A stretch of 64,000 nt of DNA from the NCBI GenBank assembly GCA_965240325.2, contig OZ251248.1, positions 310,001 through 374,000 of the forward strand, given 5' to 3'. The notes under the pieces are model-generated. The model made no database searches. It was not told the origin of the DNA and was given only the letters and a program-made list of their open reading frames with translations. A program made the position numbers and the translations under genes. Numbering within the stretch: position 1 is the stretch's first letter; every line of letters starts with the position of its first letter. This document shows positions 8,282 to 20,073 of this stretch, in pieces. Source of the DNA: Rebecca billardiae RCC1528. Its lineage: Eukaryota > Protista > Haptophyta.

Positions 8282-11119
8282 CAGTCCCCTCAACAATTGG
8301 TTACCCTTGTGTTTAGCTGTCTATACCAGCTCAGTCACTGTTTGAGGCCCACTGCTGCATGCTATCTGTTACTGCACCTATAGCCCTCACAGACCAGGTG
8401 GGTATGAGCTGGGCGGGTGTGTGGGCTGAGTCAGTCAGATAAATTGAATGCAGGTGCACAACCGGCTGACGGGTGCTGCGCGGGGGTGCTGGACCACCAC
8501 GAGGGCAGGCTGGGATGGAAATTCACCCCCTGAGCAGGCTATGGGCTGGCTGGCTGGGAGTGTAGCAGCTGTATAGTGGGCCCTGGCGCTGCAGCTGGAT
8601 GGCCTTTGATACTGCCTAGCAGCCAGCCTAGCAGCACAGCCTGGCGTGAGCAGTGCGGTTTCAGTGCGCAGGCCACGTCTCTGCGGGTGGTGGTCGGGGA
8701 ATGGCCACCACAGTGCACCAGATGCACCTAGCCTGCCAGCGGCCCACCTGCTGATTGGGTATGCCCTGTAGCACAGCACACGAGGCTCCGCCGAAAATCA
8801 GGGGCGCGCTGTGCTACAGGCTGGGCTGAAAGGGGTGTGGGAGCCAGTCGAGAGCCTGTCGGCCACTGTCACGTCCGAGCTGGCCGGCTTCACGTGCTGC
8901 CCAGAGGAGTCCTCCAATTGTCACTCACCCGGCTGAAGTCATGATGGGTGGGTGCAGCTCGACCGAATGGAGAGTGCTGGGGCCGCAGGTGCCCGTCATG
9001 CAAGCCTAGGCGGCCAGGAGAAGGTGTGATGTGCAGGTGTGCTCTCCATAGGGTAATTTAATACACAGTAAAGAAATCGATTTTCGGCGTTACCGTAACC
9101 CGTCCGCACTTCCGCCCAGTGGGGATGCGCTGGAATTTTTTTCATGCCCCGTTCGCGGCACTTCGCGCCGCGCACAGTGGAGAAAGATCGGGCCGGAAGC
9201 CGTTTGAGCATGGTCGGTCGTGCGCACGCCCATTCGAATCGATGGCGCGCTCCGAGCGGCGGGCGTGCGCGTATGACTGCCGCGAGGGGGGCTGCGAGGC
9301 GTCGGCCGGCTTGCCAAGGCGGTTCCCTGGGGCGGCGTCACCCTCCCCCGCCCCTCCTCGCCCACCCTCGCTCCACGGGCGGCCACACGTGACCTGTTGA
9401 GATGAGTTCACGGGGGCCGCGCGGCACGCGCGCGGAGAGGCGAGGAAGTGGTGTTTCGCGGAAAAACGTTCTGTAGCATTGTGCCCAACCCATGTGGGCA
9501 CCCGCTCCACAAGTTTGTACGCCGCCAAACCGCACACAGCGGCCTGAGCAGCTCCCAGACTGACTTTCGCTCTTGAAGCCTGTTTTGGGGCCAGATCTTG
9601 GTGTGGATGTAGCGCGGCGAGGAGGCGCCGGGCGCGCGCCCGAGCTGCGTGCTGCCACTCGCCATAACCCATAGACATCGTCCGTCGCGAACGACCCGGC
9701 TCGCCTCGACCTCTCCGACCCGCCGGGCAGCCACGACCGAGCGCGCAGCCAACGGTGTCCAAACAGAGGCTTCTCAGACCGCGTGGGATGGGCATAGGCG
9801 CGAGAGAGGGCGCCCAGCGCGCTCTTGAGATGCACAGGAGCACGCACTGATGCGCATGGAACCATCCCATCACGATCGCCCCGACCTGGCGCGCCCTATC
9901 TGGCCCGTCAGGCTGCCCGCGCCGCCGCCGCCGGGCCGCGCCGCCGCCACAGGCGCCGCCGCACCGCGGGCACATGGGTAAGTCCGTATTCAACAAATAC
10001 AGAATTTCCGGTGCGGCCCTCTTTTGGGCGGCAAGGTCGGTCTGGTCGACACCTGCCGCGCGGCATGGGCCACGGCGCGGCGAGGTGGCGGCTGGCGCAC
10101 CGCGGCGTGGGCGGGATGGCTCGAGGACACCACCGCCCCGCCTCCCACGCCGCGCCGTGCGCGTGCGCCGTGCTCTCGTCGCGTACCGAATTTCCTGCGG
10201 CGAGCGGCGTCCAACAGCGCGACCATGCCATCGCGCGACGAGGTGCGTTCAGCTCGGCGATTTGTCGTATTTGTTGAATACATGCGGGTACGAATCGGCC
10301 GCAAGATGGCCTCGACGTACACGTCGAGAGCCACGCGCGCGGTGTGGAGTGGCACGCGACGCGGAGAGGGCGGGTGCGGTGCCGCGGGCGCGCGACTGGT
10401 CTAGAACATCCCAATGAAGCGCGGGACGGCGCTGCGCGCCTGTGCTCGCCGCCGTCTCCTCGCAGTCGAAAATATCTGTGCACCCTTCTGTCTGGCTAGT
10501 CGACCGGCCGGCACGCGGCACGCGAGCAGTGTGTGTGGGGAGGAATGTGACATGGCAGGCTGTGGCGAGGTGGATGGCCGTGCAGGTCTACGCTAGGAAG
10601 GGCCGCTCCCGCGCTCGCGTGGTGCCTCGCGCACGCCTCGTCGAGGACGAGCGTGTTTGAATGGCTCCGGAGAAGGCTTACGATCGCTCGTTGATGGGCA
10701 GCGCGCGACACGTGCACACGACGAAGGTGACGACCAGGCACTCCGGCGAGGGCGGCTGTGCTGGTAGCAGACTGCATTCGGAGTAAGATGCGCCATCTTA
10801 CGCGCCGCTTCGCCTCGCTGCATCGCCGCACTGAACAGCAGGGCTCCACGCGGCACGAATGGCTCACCACGAGCTACGTGACCGGCCAGCCGCGTGCAAC
10901 CCGGCGAGGCAGAGAGGGGCGGAGGGATGGGGAGGCTGGGTGGGATGTTGCAGTCCCATGCCCGGGGCACTCGCCAGGCGCCTGCGCGACCACCGTAGCG
11001 CCGTCTGTGCGCTCGTGCGGCCCGCGCGAGAAATTCCCCGAAAATCGGCTCGTGTCGGACGGGTTACGGTAACGATAATCCCGTTTTTGTTCACTGTGTA
11101 TTTATTGTTGAGAGGACTG
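8282..11119. mobile_element. Tc1/mariner-type MITE (~800 bp own sequence) whose right TIR is split by the nested element at 9064-11098
   Basis: Left end is TA|CAGTCCCCTCAACAATTGGTTACCCT. After removing 9064-11098 the right end reads AGGGTAAT...ATTGTTGAGAGGACTG|TA. TA TSD at 8280-8281 and 11120-11121. Confidence 0.75.
9064..11098 (-). mobile_element. Same CACTA/EnSpm-like non-autonomous element, copy 2 (~2035 bp), inverted relative to copy 1
   Basis: Reverse complement of 6229-8273 with scattered substitutions. Termini CACAGT...ACTGTG. It has a different 2-bp TSD, TA (9062-9063 and 11099-11100). Confidence 0.8.
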
Positions 11120-11188
11120 TATGATGTCTAGCGCACGCTGCGCGCTGCCTGATGATACATGCCTACGCCGTCGGGCGACGAGTCTGAG

Positions 11189-13699
11189 TCATGATGCAGC
11201 ATTAGCACACATGAAGCTGGGCGAGCTCACTGCGCTCGCGATCACAGCCAGCGCCCGTTCCCAGCGCAGCGGCGGCAGCTTGGTGCTGGCGAAGGGCACC
11301 TTCTCCCCCTTCGGCTGAGTCCAGGTCGCGCTGGGCTCGGTGGCAGCCAGCTCGGCGCCGTTGGCGCACGCAGAAACGTACATTCCAGCTCGCAGGTTGT
11401 TCCCAGCGCGCATGCCGAGCAGTGCCGCACGCATCGCAGCATTGTGTGCTGTGTACTCCTGCCTAGCTGCTGCTTTTGCGTGGGTATGGCGGCGTGCAAA
11501 GCGGTGGAACGCGGTGCACACCTGCTGCGGGTACAGCTCGGACTCCTGCTGGTTATTCACAAGCAGCGCGAGTGGCGACAGGGGTGCGGGCGAGCAGTGG
11601 ACGGCGGTCGCATACGGCGACACTGAGCGGGGCCGAAACCTCACCCGCAGCTGCTGCGCTGCCCAGCGCTCGGGCCGCTGTGCGACGTGCACCAGCACGG
11701 CCCGAGGGGCAAGTCTCGCAAGCTCAAGCATCAGTTGGCCGTAGGGCGCGCCCACGATGGCGTGGATGCCCGAGCGCGTCACCGCCAGCAGAGCAGTTCG
11801 GATGGTCCGCATGGCACTCCGCACCGCCGCTGGCTCCGCAGAGGGCGAGCCGGCAACCAGGTCCACGAGCGCGGCCCACGAGTGGAGGAAGTGCTTGTGG
11901 ACCTCGTGCGTGCTTCTGCTCACGTGGCACGCCACGCCAGGACCGACCGTCCGCATGCCGCGTGCGCACAGCACACGGCCGACGGCCATCGCAGTGGAGT
12001 CCTCGTCAGCACCGGTCGACGCAACGACGAGTCGGAGCAGCGAGCCCCGCGACTCCGCCGATGGGCTGAGATCGACGGGTCCACTCGCGTGCGGCTGCAT
12101 GCTCGGCGACGCGGCACTGCCGTCGAAGGCATCCGCACAGTGCTCTGGAGGTGGCTGAGAGCCGTCCACGCCGATGACGATGTCGGCTGCCTCAGTCGCG
12201 TTCACGATCAGCCGTGCCGCGCGCGCGCCGGCGCCGCGCACGGCCATGGGTGGACGCCGCCGGCTCGCGAGCGGGCTGCGCTTGTCACGCATGAAGCTGT
12301 CCCGCACCTCGAGCCTGTTGGCGCGTGCCAGCTCTGCAGACTCGTCGTGTGCGCGCAGCGTCGGGTCAGACGGCTGGTACTTGGCAAAGTACCGGCTGGC
12401 GAGCGGGTATTCGTTCGAGCGCTTGGTGCGCCAGCGTGCGAAGCTGCTGATGCGGTAGTGTGAGATCGCCAACGGGAGGGCTTGCACCTCCCTCTCATTC
12501 CTGAGAGTGTTGAGCCTCTTCCACTTCTGGGCAGAGCCCTGCATGACAACGACATACGATGCGTTCCCGTTCGTGCTCCCACCAGCAGGCGCGTCGCGCC
12601 GCGACACCATGCGCTCGCCGTCGCGGAAGGCATCCGGCGGCTTTCCTCTGCTGTGCTCTTGCCCCTTGATGGAGGTGGAGGACGTGCAGCGGAGCACGTC
12701 GGTGCCGACGCTCTCGCGAGGAAGGAACGTCGGGCTGTGCACGCCGAGCGTGGACGTGAGGTTGACGCGGGTGATGTACTTGCCGTAGTTGTTCGAAGCC
12801 TCGAACTTGGGCACGTAGAGATCATCGTCCGTGACCTCCTTCTTCGTGATGAACCGCGGGTCGATGCGCCAGCGCCAGTCCAGTGTCGCGCGCTGCCGAC
12901 CGCATGGCTCATCAGCCTGCTCGCCAAACGAGTAGAAGAGCCACGGGGCGAAGACGGCGCTGCAGTAGCTGAGCTCCTCGCGCAGCAGCGAGACGACCGA
13001 GCGGCCAGGGCACGCGCGCGAGTGCAGGAACTCGTCCGTGTCCATCTGCGCCACCCAGCCCCACCGGCCCTCCGCCTGCAGCCGGCGGAGCACGCACGTG
13101 GTCGCCACCTCCTGCGCGCTGTGCCACTTCTTCCACTCGAGCCGCTCGCCTCGCTTCAGCTTGGGGCGGTTGCCGTGGGCGTGGCCGAAGTGGCCTTCGT
13201 CGGACCGACGGCAGGTGTCGCGGAACGGCGTGACCTCCCACATCCGCGCGTCGATCCCGGATAGCGCCTCGCGCAGCCAGACGCCCTTCTCGTCGGCCGC
13301 GTCGTTGGCAAGGAAGAAGACGCGATCGAAGCCCTCCTCGATGTAGTGCTCGACGAGCTCGACGGCGTGCACGCTCGCGTCGCTGTCCGCGATGATCACC
13401 ACTGCGGCAAGATCGGTGTCGCGCACGGGCCACTTGCGCAGCAGACCCGTCGTCGGATCCACGTTGGAGAGAGCCGCTCGCGCTGACGCGGCGGCCGGGT
13501 CGCGAGAGTCCGCGTCGGCGGCCGAGCGGCAACGCACACGCCCGTGGTAGGTTGGAGCAGGCGCGGAAGGAGTGCTCCCGCCGATCGCGCCGAGACCTGC
13601 CACCATCGCGGCGATGGCCCATCTGAGCCTGTCGCGGCGCATCGTCGTCGGGAGCGCGCTACCATTGGGCCGAGCAGAAGCCGCCGCCGTCGCCGCCAT
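11189..13699 (-). CDS. Glycosyltransferase + degenerate sulfotransferase-like protein (copy 2), intronless; alternative start at 13726
   Basis: Closely similar full-length paralogue of 2910-5399 (WVAQMDTDEFL). The ATG at 13699 aligns with the copy-1 ATG. Confidence 0.7.
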   Translation of the reverse strand: MAATAAASARPNGSALPTTMRRDRLRWAIAAMVAGLGAIGGSTPSAPAPTYHGRVRCRSAADADSRDPAAASARAALSNVDPTTGLLRKWPVRDTDLAAVVIIADSDASVHAVELVEHYIEEGFDRVFFLANDAADEKGVWLREALSGIDARMWEVTPFRDTCRRSDEGHFGHAHGNRPKLKRGERLEWKKWHSAQEVATTCVLRRLQAEGRWGWVAQMDTDEFLHSRACPGRSVVSLLREELSYCSAVFAPWLFYSFGEQADEPCGRQRATLDWRWRIDPRFITKKEVTDDDLYVPKFEASNNYGKYITRVNLTSTLGVHSPTFLPRESVGTDVLRCTSSTSIKGQEHSRGKPPDAFRDGERMVSRRDAPAGGSTNGNASYVVVMQGSAQKWKRLNTLRNEREVQALPLAISHYRISSFARWRTKRSNEYPLASRYFAKYQPSDPTLRAHDESAELARANRLEVRDSFMRDKRSPLASRRRPPMAVRGAGARAARLIVNATEAADIVIGVDGSQPPPEHCADAFDGSAASPSMQPHASGPVDLSPSAESRGSLLRLVVASTGADEDSTAMAVGRVLCARGMRTVGPGVACHVSRSTHEVHKHFLHSWAALVDLVAGSPSAEPAAVRSAMRTIRTALLAVTRSGIHAIVGAPYGQLMLELARLAPRAVLVHVAQRPERWAAQQLRVRFRPRSVSPYATAVHCSPAPLSPLALLVNNQQESELYPQQVCTAFHRFARRHTHAKAAARQEYTAHNAAMRAALLGMRAGNNLRAGMYVSACANGAELAATEPSATWTQPKGEKVPFASTKLPPLRWERALAVIASAVSSPSFMCANAAS

Positions 13700-14090
13700 C
13701 GTGGTCGTCTCGTTAATCGCCCCCATTTATTTTCAATAATGATATCAACGATATTCGCTTGTGACGTCTGACGACGACGTGGTTCGTGCCCGCGGAGCTA
13801 GGGCTCCACGCTGCGCGCTCCGCCCGTGCACCGCAGGCCATGATCCATGGCAGCATCACCGCGGCCGCCATGGTCACGCATCTGCAGCGCGCGGCATCAG
13901 TCAGCACCCAGCACATATATGCTAGCTATATCATCCATCATCATCATATCGGTCGCGCGGCCGCGCGCGCCATGCGATCAGTGAATAATAGACAATAGTG
14001 ATGCGTCACTACTCACTGGCGGTCACTGCGCTGACGATTCTGTCTGCTGCTGATATTCACTGAATCATATGCCATCAGCCGTCAGCGGCG

Positions 14091-17000
14091 TCAGCCCCCC
14101 TGCTGCCCGTCATCCGCCTCCGGCACGACCCAGCCGCACTGGTGCCCCTGCGCGTACACCTGCGCGAGCGCCTGCTCGAAGCTGCCCAGCGCGCGCAGCT
14201 CCTCGTACCGGCGGAAGAGCGCGAGCGCCGTGCGCGCGTCCTCCACCGAGTCATGGAACCTCTCCTGGATGCTCGCGCCGAGCAGCGCGTGCGCGAGGAA
14301 GCGGAGCGAGATCTTGCGCTCGCCGCGGATGTGGAAGAGCTCGACCTGCGCCCGGGCGGCGCGGCGGCGGCGCGGCGCGGGTGAGCCACCACGCGCGCCC
14401 CGCCGCCCGGGCGCGGGCGCTCGGGCGCGCGCGGCGCGGCGCGCGCGGCTGTGCGCTCGGGCGCGCAGCAGCTCGCGTGCCGTGTCAATAATCTGCGCCG
14501 GGGGCACGACGATATTAATCATCTCAAAGTCCTTGGTGAGGCCGTGGCCAATCAGAACGCAGCCTGCGCGGGCGGCGGTGGCGCGGCGCGGCGGTGGCGC
14601 GGCGCGCGCGCGGCGGGGCGGCGGTCAGCGCGGCCCGCCGGCCGCGCCCCGACGCAAAGCGCTCGCGGCCGTGCGGCGGTGCGCCCGGCGCGCGCGCGCG
14701 CTCGCGCGCGCGCGCTCGCACCGGCGTCGACAATGTAGCGCAGCTTGAGGTACGCGTCCTTCATGTTGGTGACGTGGTGCTTCGAGACCGCGGGGTCGAG
14801 GTCGCCCGGCACCAGCCCCGAGTACCGCGTCAGGTAGTCCACCACCGGCTCGGCGGGGACGATGTACGAATCGAGGATGGGCGCGCCGACGAGCGGACCG
14901 TCCGCGCGCACGACGGAGACGCGCGCGAGGGTCTGCCGCGCGGGCTTCACGACAACCTCCCGCCCGCGGCGGTCCTGCTCGGTCACCTCGTGCGTGAGCG
15001 CGACGAACTCCGCGTCGATGGCGAAGCGGGTGCCCGGCACGAGCGGCAGCTCGGCGGCGGTGAGCGGCGTGAACGAGCGCGTCGCGCCGGGCTGCTGGCT
15101 ATAAGTGGCGAGCGAGTCGTTCCGAAGCATGACCCCGGGCTGTATCGGGTTGACGGCTGCCGTGCGCAGGCCCTGGCCGCCGAGCTCGCGCTCGACCGTG
15201 CGCGCGACGTAGACGCACGAGCACGGCCGCTTCCACGCCGTGTGCGCGCGCCGCGCCTCCCGCGAGTCCGGCAGCTTCTCGACACACATGTCGTTGAGCA
15301 GATACCACTCGGGCAGCGGGCTGAAGTAACCCGGCGCGGGGCCGGCGGAGCGGGGCGGCGGGAACGCGCCACCGGGCGGCGGCGCGTACGATGCAGGCAC
15401 TCGCGTGATCAGCACCTGGTGCGCCGAGCCGTTGGCGCCGCCGCCGGCGCCGCCGCCGCCGCGCCCGCCGTGCCCGCGCCCGCGGTGCTCGTCCGCCGCC
15501 GCGCCCGCCGGCGCGTGCACGCACGCGATCAGCGAGCGCAGGTCGTAGATGATACCGCCGTGCGCGCCGATGGCTGGGCGCGCGCGGCCGGCGTGCGCGC
15601 CGCCGCCGCCCTCCGCCTCCTCGTCCTCGTCCGGGACCTCAAAGACCAGCGGCGTCTGCTGCGTCGGCGGCGCACCGCCCGGGCCGCCGTTCGCCGCCGC
15701 CGCGCCGCCGTCGCGCGGCGGCAGCACGAGCTCAAAGCTGAGCGGCAGCCATGGGGTGGCGCGCGGCGCGTCGGCGTCGGCTTCGGCGCCGGCGCCGCCC
15801 TCGGCCGCGGCCGCCGGCGCCGCGCCCTCCGCGCCCACGCCGGCCGCGTGGACACGCCGCGTCGCGGCGGCATCCGGCGGGGCCGCCGACGCGCGCGCCG
15901 GGCGCACCCACTCGGAAGTTTCCGGGAACAGCGCCGCCACGCCGGCGAGCTGCAGCCACAGCGCCGGCGGTGCGTCCACGATCGCCTTGAGTTGAGTCGC
16001 GCGCTTGTAGCAGCCGAGCTGCGGGCACCACATCCGCACGGCATGCCGGCGCGCGCACACGGACGCCTGCAGCAGCGCCTCGAAGGTGGGCACGCCGGGC
16101 GCAGCGGGCGCGCCGCCGGCCGTCGGACCCGCCGCGCCGCCGGCCGCGCTGCCGCCGCCGGCCTCCACCCTGCCGCCGCTGGCGGCAGCCGCGCCCGCGC
16201 CAGCCGTCGACCCAGCCGCCGCCGCGCCTGCCGCCGACCCAGCCGCCGAGCCCGCCGCTGCGTTTTCCTCCGGGGCCTCCAGGTCGATGGTGAGCGAGTC
16301 GACCTGCCTCTCGACGGGAGTGAGCGCCGGGCTGGCGGCGGTGCTGCCCGCCGCGCCGCCCCCGCCCGCGCCGCCGCCGCACGCCGCGCCGCCGCCTGCT
16401 CCGCCGCCGCCGCCTGCTCCGCCGCCGCCGCCGCCGCCGCCGCCGCCCGGCGCGCCGCCGCCGTCGCCAAAGAAGCTAATCTCGCGCCAGCGGATCCCGA
16501 AGAGGCGCCGCACGACCGTGAGACCGTCCCGACTGAGCGCGGCGAGCGGCGCGCCCAGGTGGTGCTGCTGCTGCTGCGCCGCGGCGGCCGCGGCGGCGGT
16601 GTGCGTGCTCAGCAGCTCGCGGTCGAGTGAGCTGAGAAGATATCCGGCAAACTTGCAGACGAGCGTCGGGAGGATGGCGCCCGGGTCGGCGCCGGACGCG
16701 GCGCGCGCGCGCGAGAGCGAGCCGTCGGCGTCCACGACGTCCACGAGGCCGAGCGCCCCCGCCTCGCGGCTCTGCCTCAGCGCGCGCTGCAGGTTTGCCG
16801 CTGCGCACGAGCTGCCAGCTGATTGGTCGAGCATGTGGAACAGAAGGCCGAGCTCGTCAGAGAGGCTGAACTGCTGCGAGGACACGACGCTCATCAGCTC
16901 GACGCGCACCCACGGCAGCAGGTAGAGCGCCAGGACGACCGCGTTCGAATACGCGTCCGGGATCGAGTTGTCGAGTCCGGGCAGGAAAGAGGTCCGGTTG

Positions 17001-17143
17001 TGCGCGGCGACGGCGGCGCGGTCGACGCCGAACCGGCCGACTGGCGCCGCGCGCCGCGCGTACCGCTGCGCCCACGGCGGGCATGGCGGCCGGGGCGTGC
17101 GGGCTGAGGGTGAACCGTCTCGCCTGCCGGCGGCCGCGCCAGA

Positions 17144-17176
<33 letters not shown>

Positions 17177-17194
17177 GCCGCCACCGCCGCCGCC

Positions 17195-17233
<39 letters not shown>

Positions 17234-19708
17234 CGCGACGAGGCCGCGCATCGCGTGCTGCGCCGCACCCACGCCGCCCGCGCCGCCGTGGCGCCCGCCC
17301 GCGCCGCCGGTGGGCGGCGGCGGCAGCTGGTTCCGCTTGAAGGACCCGGAGCGGAGCAAATGTGAATGCACCACCCACACTCTGATTCCGTCCGCGCGCG
17401 GAATCAGAGTTGCGCCGGGCGGCGGCGGCAGCGGCGGCGGCGCGTCGGCAAGCGCGGCGCCAGCGGCCACGCTGCTGCCGCCGCCGCCGCCACCGCCGGC
17501 GGCCGCGCCCGCCGTGGCCGAGCCCGACGCGGTGGCCCCGGCCAATGCCGAGCCCTGCGCCCCACCGCCCCCGCCGCCGCACCCGCCACCGTCAGCGCTC
17601 GAGCCGCCGCCGCTGCCGCCGCCGCTGCCGCCGCCGCTGCCGCCGACGGTCGAGTCGGCAGCCACGGACGGCGGCGAGCTCGCGCCGTGCGCGCGGAGCA
17701 GCTGCGCCACGCTCGCCCGCCACACGCCCGCCGGGTGCGCGAGCGCGGCGCACAGCCGCGCGTGCGCGTGCGCCGCCTCCGCCGAGCCCAGCGTCAGCCC
17801 CTCATGCGCCGCCGCCGCCTCCGCAGTCACCTGCCAGTCCGAGAGCAGAGGTGGATCGAGCAGCGCGGCGTGCGCGCCCACGCTCAGCCCGTACAGCGCC
17901 GCGCAGCCCGCGGCCGCGTGCAGCTCCTCGCCGCTCAGCGAGTCGAGCGCGCTCACCAGCTGCTCGGCGGGGGTGCCGCTCAGCGCGGCCGCGAACGAGG
18001 CGGCTTCTGCGATGCGGCGCGTCTCATCCTCGAGCGCGAGCGCCGCCGCCTCGGCCGCGGCCATCGCCGCCGCGGCCTGCGACAGGGGCCCATCCTGCTC
18101 GTCGCCCTCTCCGTCCTCCTCCTCACCCTCCTCGCCCTCCTCCGCCTCCTCCGCCTCCTCCTGCGCCTCCGCCTCCGCCTCCGCCTCCGCCTCCGCCTCC
18201 GCCTCCGCCTCCGCCTCCGCCTCCGCCTCCGCCTCGGCGGCGGTCGCTGTGCCCGCCTCCGCCGCCTCGCCCAAACCCTCCGCCCGCGCGTCGCCCGTCA
18301 GCGCAAAGCCGTTGCCGAAGCCGTTGCCCAGGCCGCTGCCGTACTCCTCCTCGGGCGTGGGCGCACCATGCGCGCCGCGCTCGGCAACGGCGCCCTGAGT
18401 GCCGCCGCCGCCGCCGCCGCCGCCGCCGCATGCGCTCTGCGCGCTGGGATCAGCTCCGGCGCCGCCGCCCGCGCCGCCGTCATCGTGCGCTCGAAGGGCG
18501 CCCATGGCGGAGGCGAGCGCCGCGTCCACGTCGGCGGGCGAGCCCGCCGCTTCGCGCGCGCGCGCCGCCGCCGCGTCCTCGTCGTGCGGCAGCGCGGCCG
18601 TTACGCCGTCCGTTACGCTCAGCTTGCGCAGCAGTGCGCGCCGCTCCTCTAGGAGGACGCCCGGCTCGGGCGCGGGTAATGTGGGTAGCTGCGTGGCCGC
18701 GGAGTACGGGTTGACGCCGAGCTCCGGCGGCGCCTTGCCCGGCGCGCCCATCAGGTGCAGCCAGCCCTCCGCGTCGCCGAAAGCACTGATCGTCCCCAGC
18801 GGCGCGACGGCCACGGCCGACATGGCCCCCGGCGCGCAGCCGACGAGGGTCGGTTGTGTGCCGGCGTCGCCGCCGCGCGCGTCGAGGAGCTGGCACGCGC
18901 CGTCGGCGGAGACGGCTAGGAGGGTCTCGGCCATCTGCGGGTGGAAAGCCGCGCGCAGCGCGCCCGGGCCGAACGCCACGTCCGCGCAGCGCGCGCTCAT
19001 CCTCAGGTCCCAGACACGCACCGCACGCGCGGGCTCGTAATAAAAAGCGGGGCCGGTCACGTCCGTGTACTGGCCTGGCGTGAGCTCGCACGCGGCGAGG
19101 AGGTCGCGGCCGGAGGGCGCGAGCGCCACGTCGCACACCACCGAGCTCGCCCCGCGCATCCGCGAGCTCGCCGACTCGAACCTCCCAACGAGCTCGAAGG
19201 TGCGCGGGTCGAGTAGAGCGATCTGACCGTCCGCGCCGCTCGCAGTCGCGCCGGATAGGACGAGGAGGCCGCGCGTCTCGGCGTAGCGCGCGATGGACCA
19301 GGGCGCGTCCGAGTGCGCGTGGGAGACCACCTGCGACGTCATCGGGTCGAAGAGCGCGAGCGAGCCGCCGGCGAGCGCGAGCAGGCTCCCATACCACGCG
19401 CCGCATTGCAGCCCGCCCGCGGCACCGAGCAGGTCGGGCGCGTCGAAGGAGGACTGCGGGAAGCCGCCCTTAGTGTAGTAGCGCACGGAGTCGGGCGTCG
19501 CCGCGATCACCCCCTCCGCGTGCGGGAAGAGCCCGGCGATCCCGGAGTCGTGCACGCGGAACGTCGAGTGCGGTGCGACGGTCGGCAGCAGGAACGAATG
19601 GACGGCCGCCGAGGCGGTGGAGACCCAGAGGAGCTCCTCGAACGGGTCGAACTGGGCGTGCGTGATCGCCGAGCTCGCCACGCAGTCGGCGAAGTACTTC
19701 TCGTGCAT
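14091..19708 (-). CDS. PAN2: PAN2 poly(A) deadenylase; exons 19708-14722, 14563-14481, 14345-14091
   Basis: N-terminal WD40 region (FDPFEELLWV) and a pseudo-UCH domain (HNRTSFLPGLDNSIPDAYSNA). The DEDD exonuclease has AIDAEF, VDYLTRYSG, GHGLTKDF and HDSVEDA. Exons join in frame over a GT-AG intron (14564-14721) and a GC-AG intron (14346-14480). Further cryptic in-frame introns in the low-complexity middle cannot be excluded. Confidence 0.93.
17144..17230. repeat. (GCC)n tract encoding poly-Gly in PAN2
   Basis: Long GCC/ACC trinucleotide run. Confidence 0.9.
18164..18235. repeat. (GCCTCC)n tract encoding (Ala-Glu)n in PAN2
   Basis: Perfect hexamer run. Confidence 0.9.
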
Positions 19709-20073
19709 ACTCGCGCCGTGTGCCCGGGTCTCTCGGCGCCGCGACTAGTGGCAGGGCTTCATCGCCGCACGCCCCGAGCTGGCGCCATCGGAAATCCAGA
19801 GGGGGCAAAAGGCGCAGCGGCAAAAAACCCGCGGCGGCCGGGGAACAAAGTGACGCGTGGCACGATGGCGACACGCTAGACAGCAGATGTGACTATGTGA
19901 CGTGTCCCCAAGTATCATCGCCGTCCCGACTCCGCGTCCGCGACTACTAGTACTACATCATCAGTAGCCGTGCGCACGGACACCTCCGCCAGCCAGCGAT
20001 AGAAGCAGGGTTCCCGGCTGCCGACGATCGTCCTTGGAAGTCGCGGCCGCCATCAGGCAATCTGAATCAGGCA

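Noticed and set aside
2910-13699. Giant inverted repeat as an assembly artefact or a single composite transposon
   Set aside because: The arms differ by many substitutions and indels, and the inner elements have their own distinct TSDs. This fits independent insertions between paralogues.
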